From Stramenopiles sp. TOSAG23-2 (lineage: Eukaryota), in NCBI GenBank assembly GCA_900128395.1, contig LT649276.1:1-47380 (forward strand): a DNA stretch of 47,380 bases, read 5' to 3'. Below the pieces are notes generated by a model. The model did no database searches, had not been told where the DNA came from, and saw only the letters and a list, made by a program, of their open reading frames with translations. Each line of letters starts with the position of its first letter. Positions within the stretch are counted from its first letter, which is position 1. Shown here piece by piece: positions 45,884-47,380 of the stretch. The translations under genes were made by a program, and so were the position numbers.

Positions 45884-46545
45884 TAAACAATTCGAAAAGG
45901 AATAGTACGACAGGTAAGATTGTAAAATATGATATCTCGTATTTAGATTCATCCACAGAAAAAGATATTAGTAGAGACAGAATACGATTGCTAGACAATA
46001 AAGCTAAATATTTAGCAGAAGCGGTAAAAACAGAAAATTATTCATTATTATTTCAATATATGGCAGAATTTCAAAATGATGCTAATACAGAACGTATTGG
46101 ATGTGGTTTAATGGCATTGATTGTTTATAGTCCAGAGTGGAGACAAAATATTGGCGATTCCCATAAATTACCATTGCTTCAAATGGGTGCTGGAAAAACG
46201 TTGGCACGAGTCATCCAACGTAATAGTGTGGTTCCTTATACTAATGAAGATATAAAAGAGGCAACGGATGAAATTAAAAATAGTGTTGCTGCAATTGATA
46301 AAGCACTTCGTGCAATGTATAATTTTACATTTCACCAAGTTGATAGTGTGCAAGATACATTAGTACGCACATTATTAACTGATGGAGCAAACGAGGTGTT
46401 GTACGACGCATTGCAAGCGTTTCCACATGTTCACGATGTGCAACGTTGGGGACGGTTAACATTGCAACGTTTACATAATAATTCCAGGTATCATAGTGAT
46501 AGTGATCGAGATGGAAGTTGTAGTAGTGAAGATATCGAATCGTAG
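45271..46545 (+). CDS. Tudor/Agenet-like domain + armadillo-like repeats protein
   Basis: PVEGSYVEAFW..WCCGQIQKV [low-complexity insert] KYDISYLD.STEKDISRDRIR; ARM-like GANEVLYDALQAFPHVHDVQRWGRLTL. Confidence 0.65.
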
Positions 46546-47068
46546 TGTGTATGTAATCTATTATAGCCGCGTAGCCGCCTTAAAAAAGTAGATATAGGGT
46601 TGATTTGTATGCTACTCGTAAAATATATACTTTAATCAGGAATAATATATAGTTGGAGCCGTTTGAACACTGAATCTATCTCGGACTTCTTTTTTTTTTT
46701 TCAGGAGACTTTTTTAAGGTCAATCTTCCACACCCTCAATGTCCGGGTTCAAAATGGAATAGTAATAGCACTTACGAAAGATGAAAGAAAACACATTAGT
46801 GCTACTTAACGATATCATTATAAAAAAAAAAACGTTTTGACGGACCAATCACAATACTGTGTGTTATAATAATGAAACAATATTAATTTATATATATATC
46901 ATCATAACCTCATATTTAAACAGGAAATTATATGTGTACATAAAACATAATATCATAAAAAAAGAATAACGAACATAATTTCATCTATCTATCTATCTAA
47001 TTAGATTAATATCACTTATTAATATTTCAATATATATTTAGATTATTTTACTGTACAAGGCAAAAAAG

Positions 47069-47380
47069 ATGTTGTACAATAAATTATTCATATTAACGTT
47101 TGTATTATTTGCATTATCATCAGATCATGTTGTATATACAAATGCATTAACGGTATCTTCAGCACAAGTTGCAAATGGTGCACCAACGAAATTAGTAATT
47201 ACATTATCGGCAGCTGTAGATGCTGCTGGTAGTACTTTGGTTGCTAGCGAATTTCAAGTAAACATTGCAGGTGGTGGATTTGTAGCCCCATCTGCTGCAA
47301 ATGTTGTTGGTGGTAGTCATTTCTTTTTATTTACATATTATACGACCAAACTTTCGCCTTGATTTTTATTATTATATTGC
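47069..47380 (+). CDS. 5' part of a secreted/surface protein with a beta-sandwich-like repeat; probably continues past an intron or the window end
   Basis: Signal peptide, then SAQVANGAPTKLVITLSAAVD...FQVNIAG; the sequence turns T-rich and intron-like after ~47310. Confidence 0.5.

Overview
This is an AT-rich, gene-dense, intron-poor eukaryotic window using the standard genetic code. The host is probably a heterotrophic protist, possibly a stramenopile, which is inference from gene content only. It holds about 16 protein genes: an RCC1/Cys-rich-repeat multi-pass membrane protein (5'-truncated), Eaf6, a cullin, an EF-hand protein, an E(z)/EZH-type H3K27 methyltransferase, a small secreted Cys-rich protein, a GPI-PLD-like gene with one intron, WW, coiled-coil and IQ proteins, a TauD dioxygenase, an Mss116-like DEAD-box helicase, a GGACT fusion, a Tudor/ARM protein and a 3'-truncated secreted protein. 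The main hidden signals are these. (1) A selenoprotein missed by the ORF track: ATG 30404, in-frame TGA 30551 in a U-G-G-C-W-P-C thioredoxin-like site, fused to a complete hemerythrin domain, with a canonical SECIS at about 31617-31696. (2) An E(z) carrying an N-terminal Sin3-type PAH-like domain. (3) Two related 18-bp palindromes with compensatory changes, each flanked by 8-9 bp direct repeats. (4) A 56-bp inverted repeat whose core recurs downstream of other genes. (5) A 3.6-kb gene-free block. (6) Many 51-170 bp tandem duplications. All calls were made by eye; no database searches were run.
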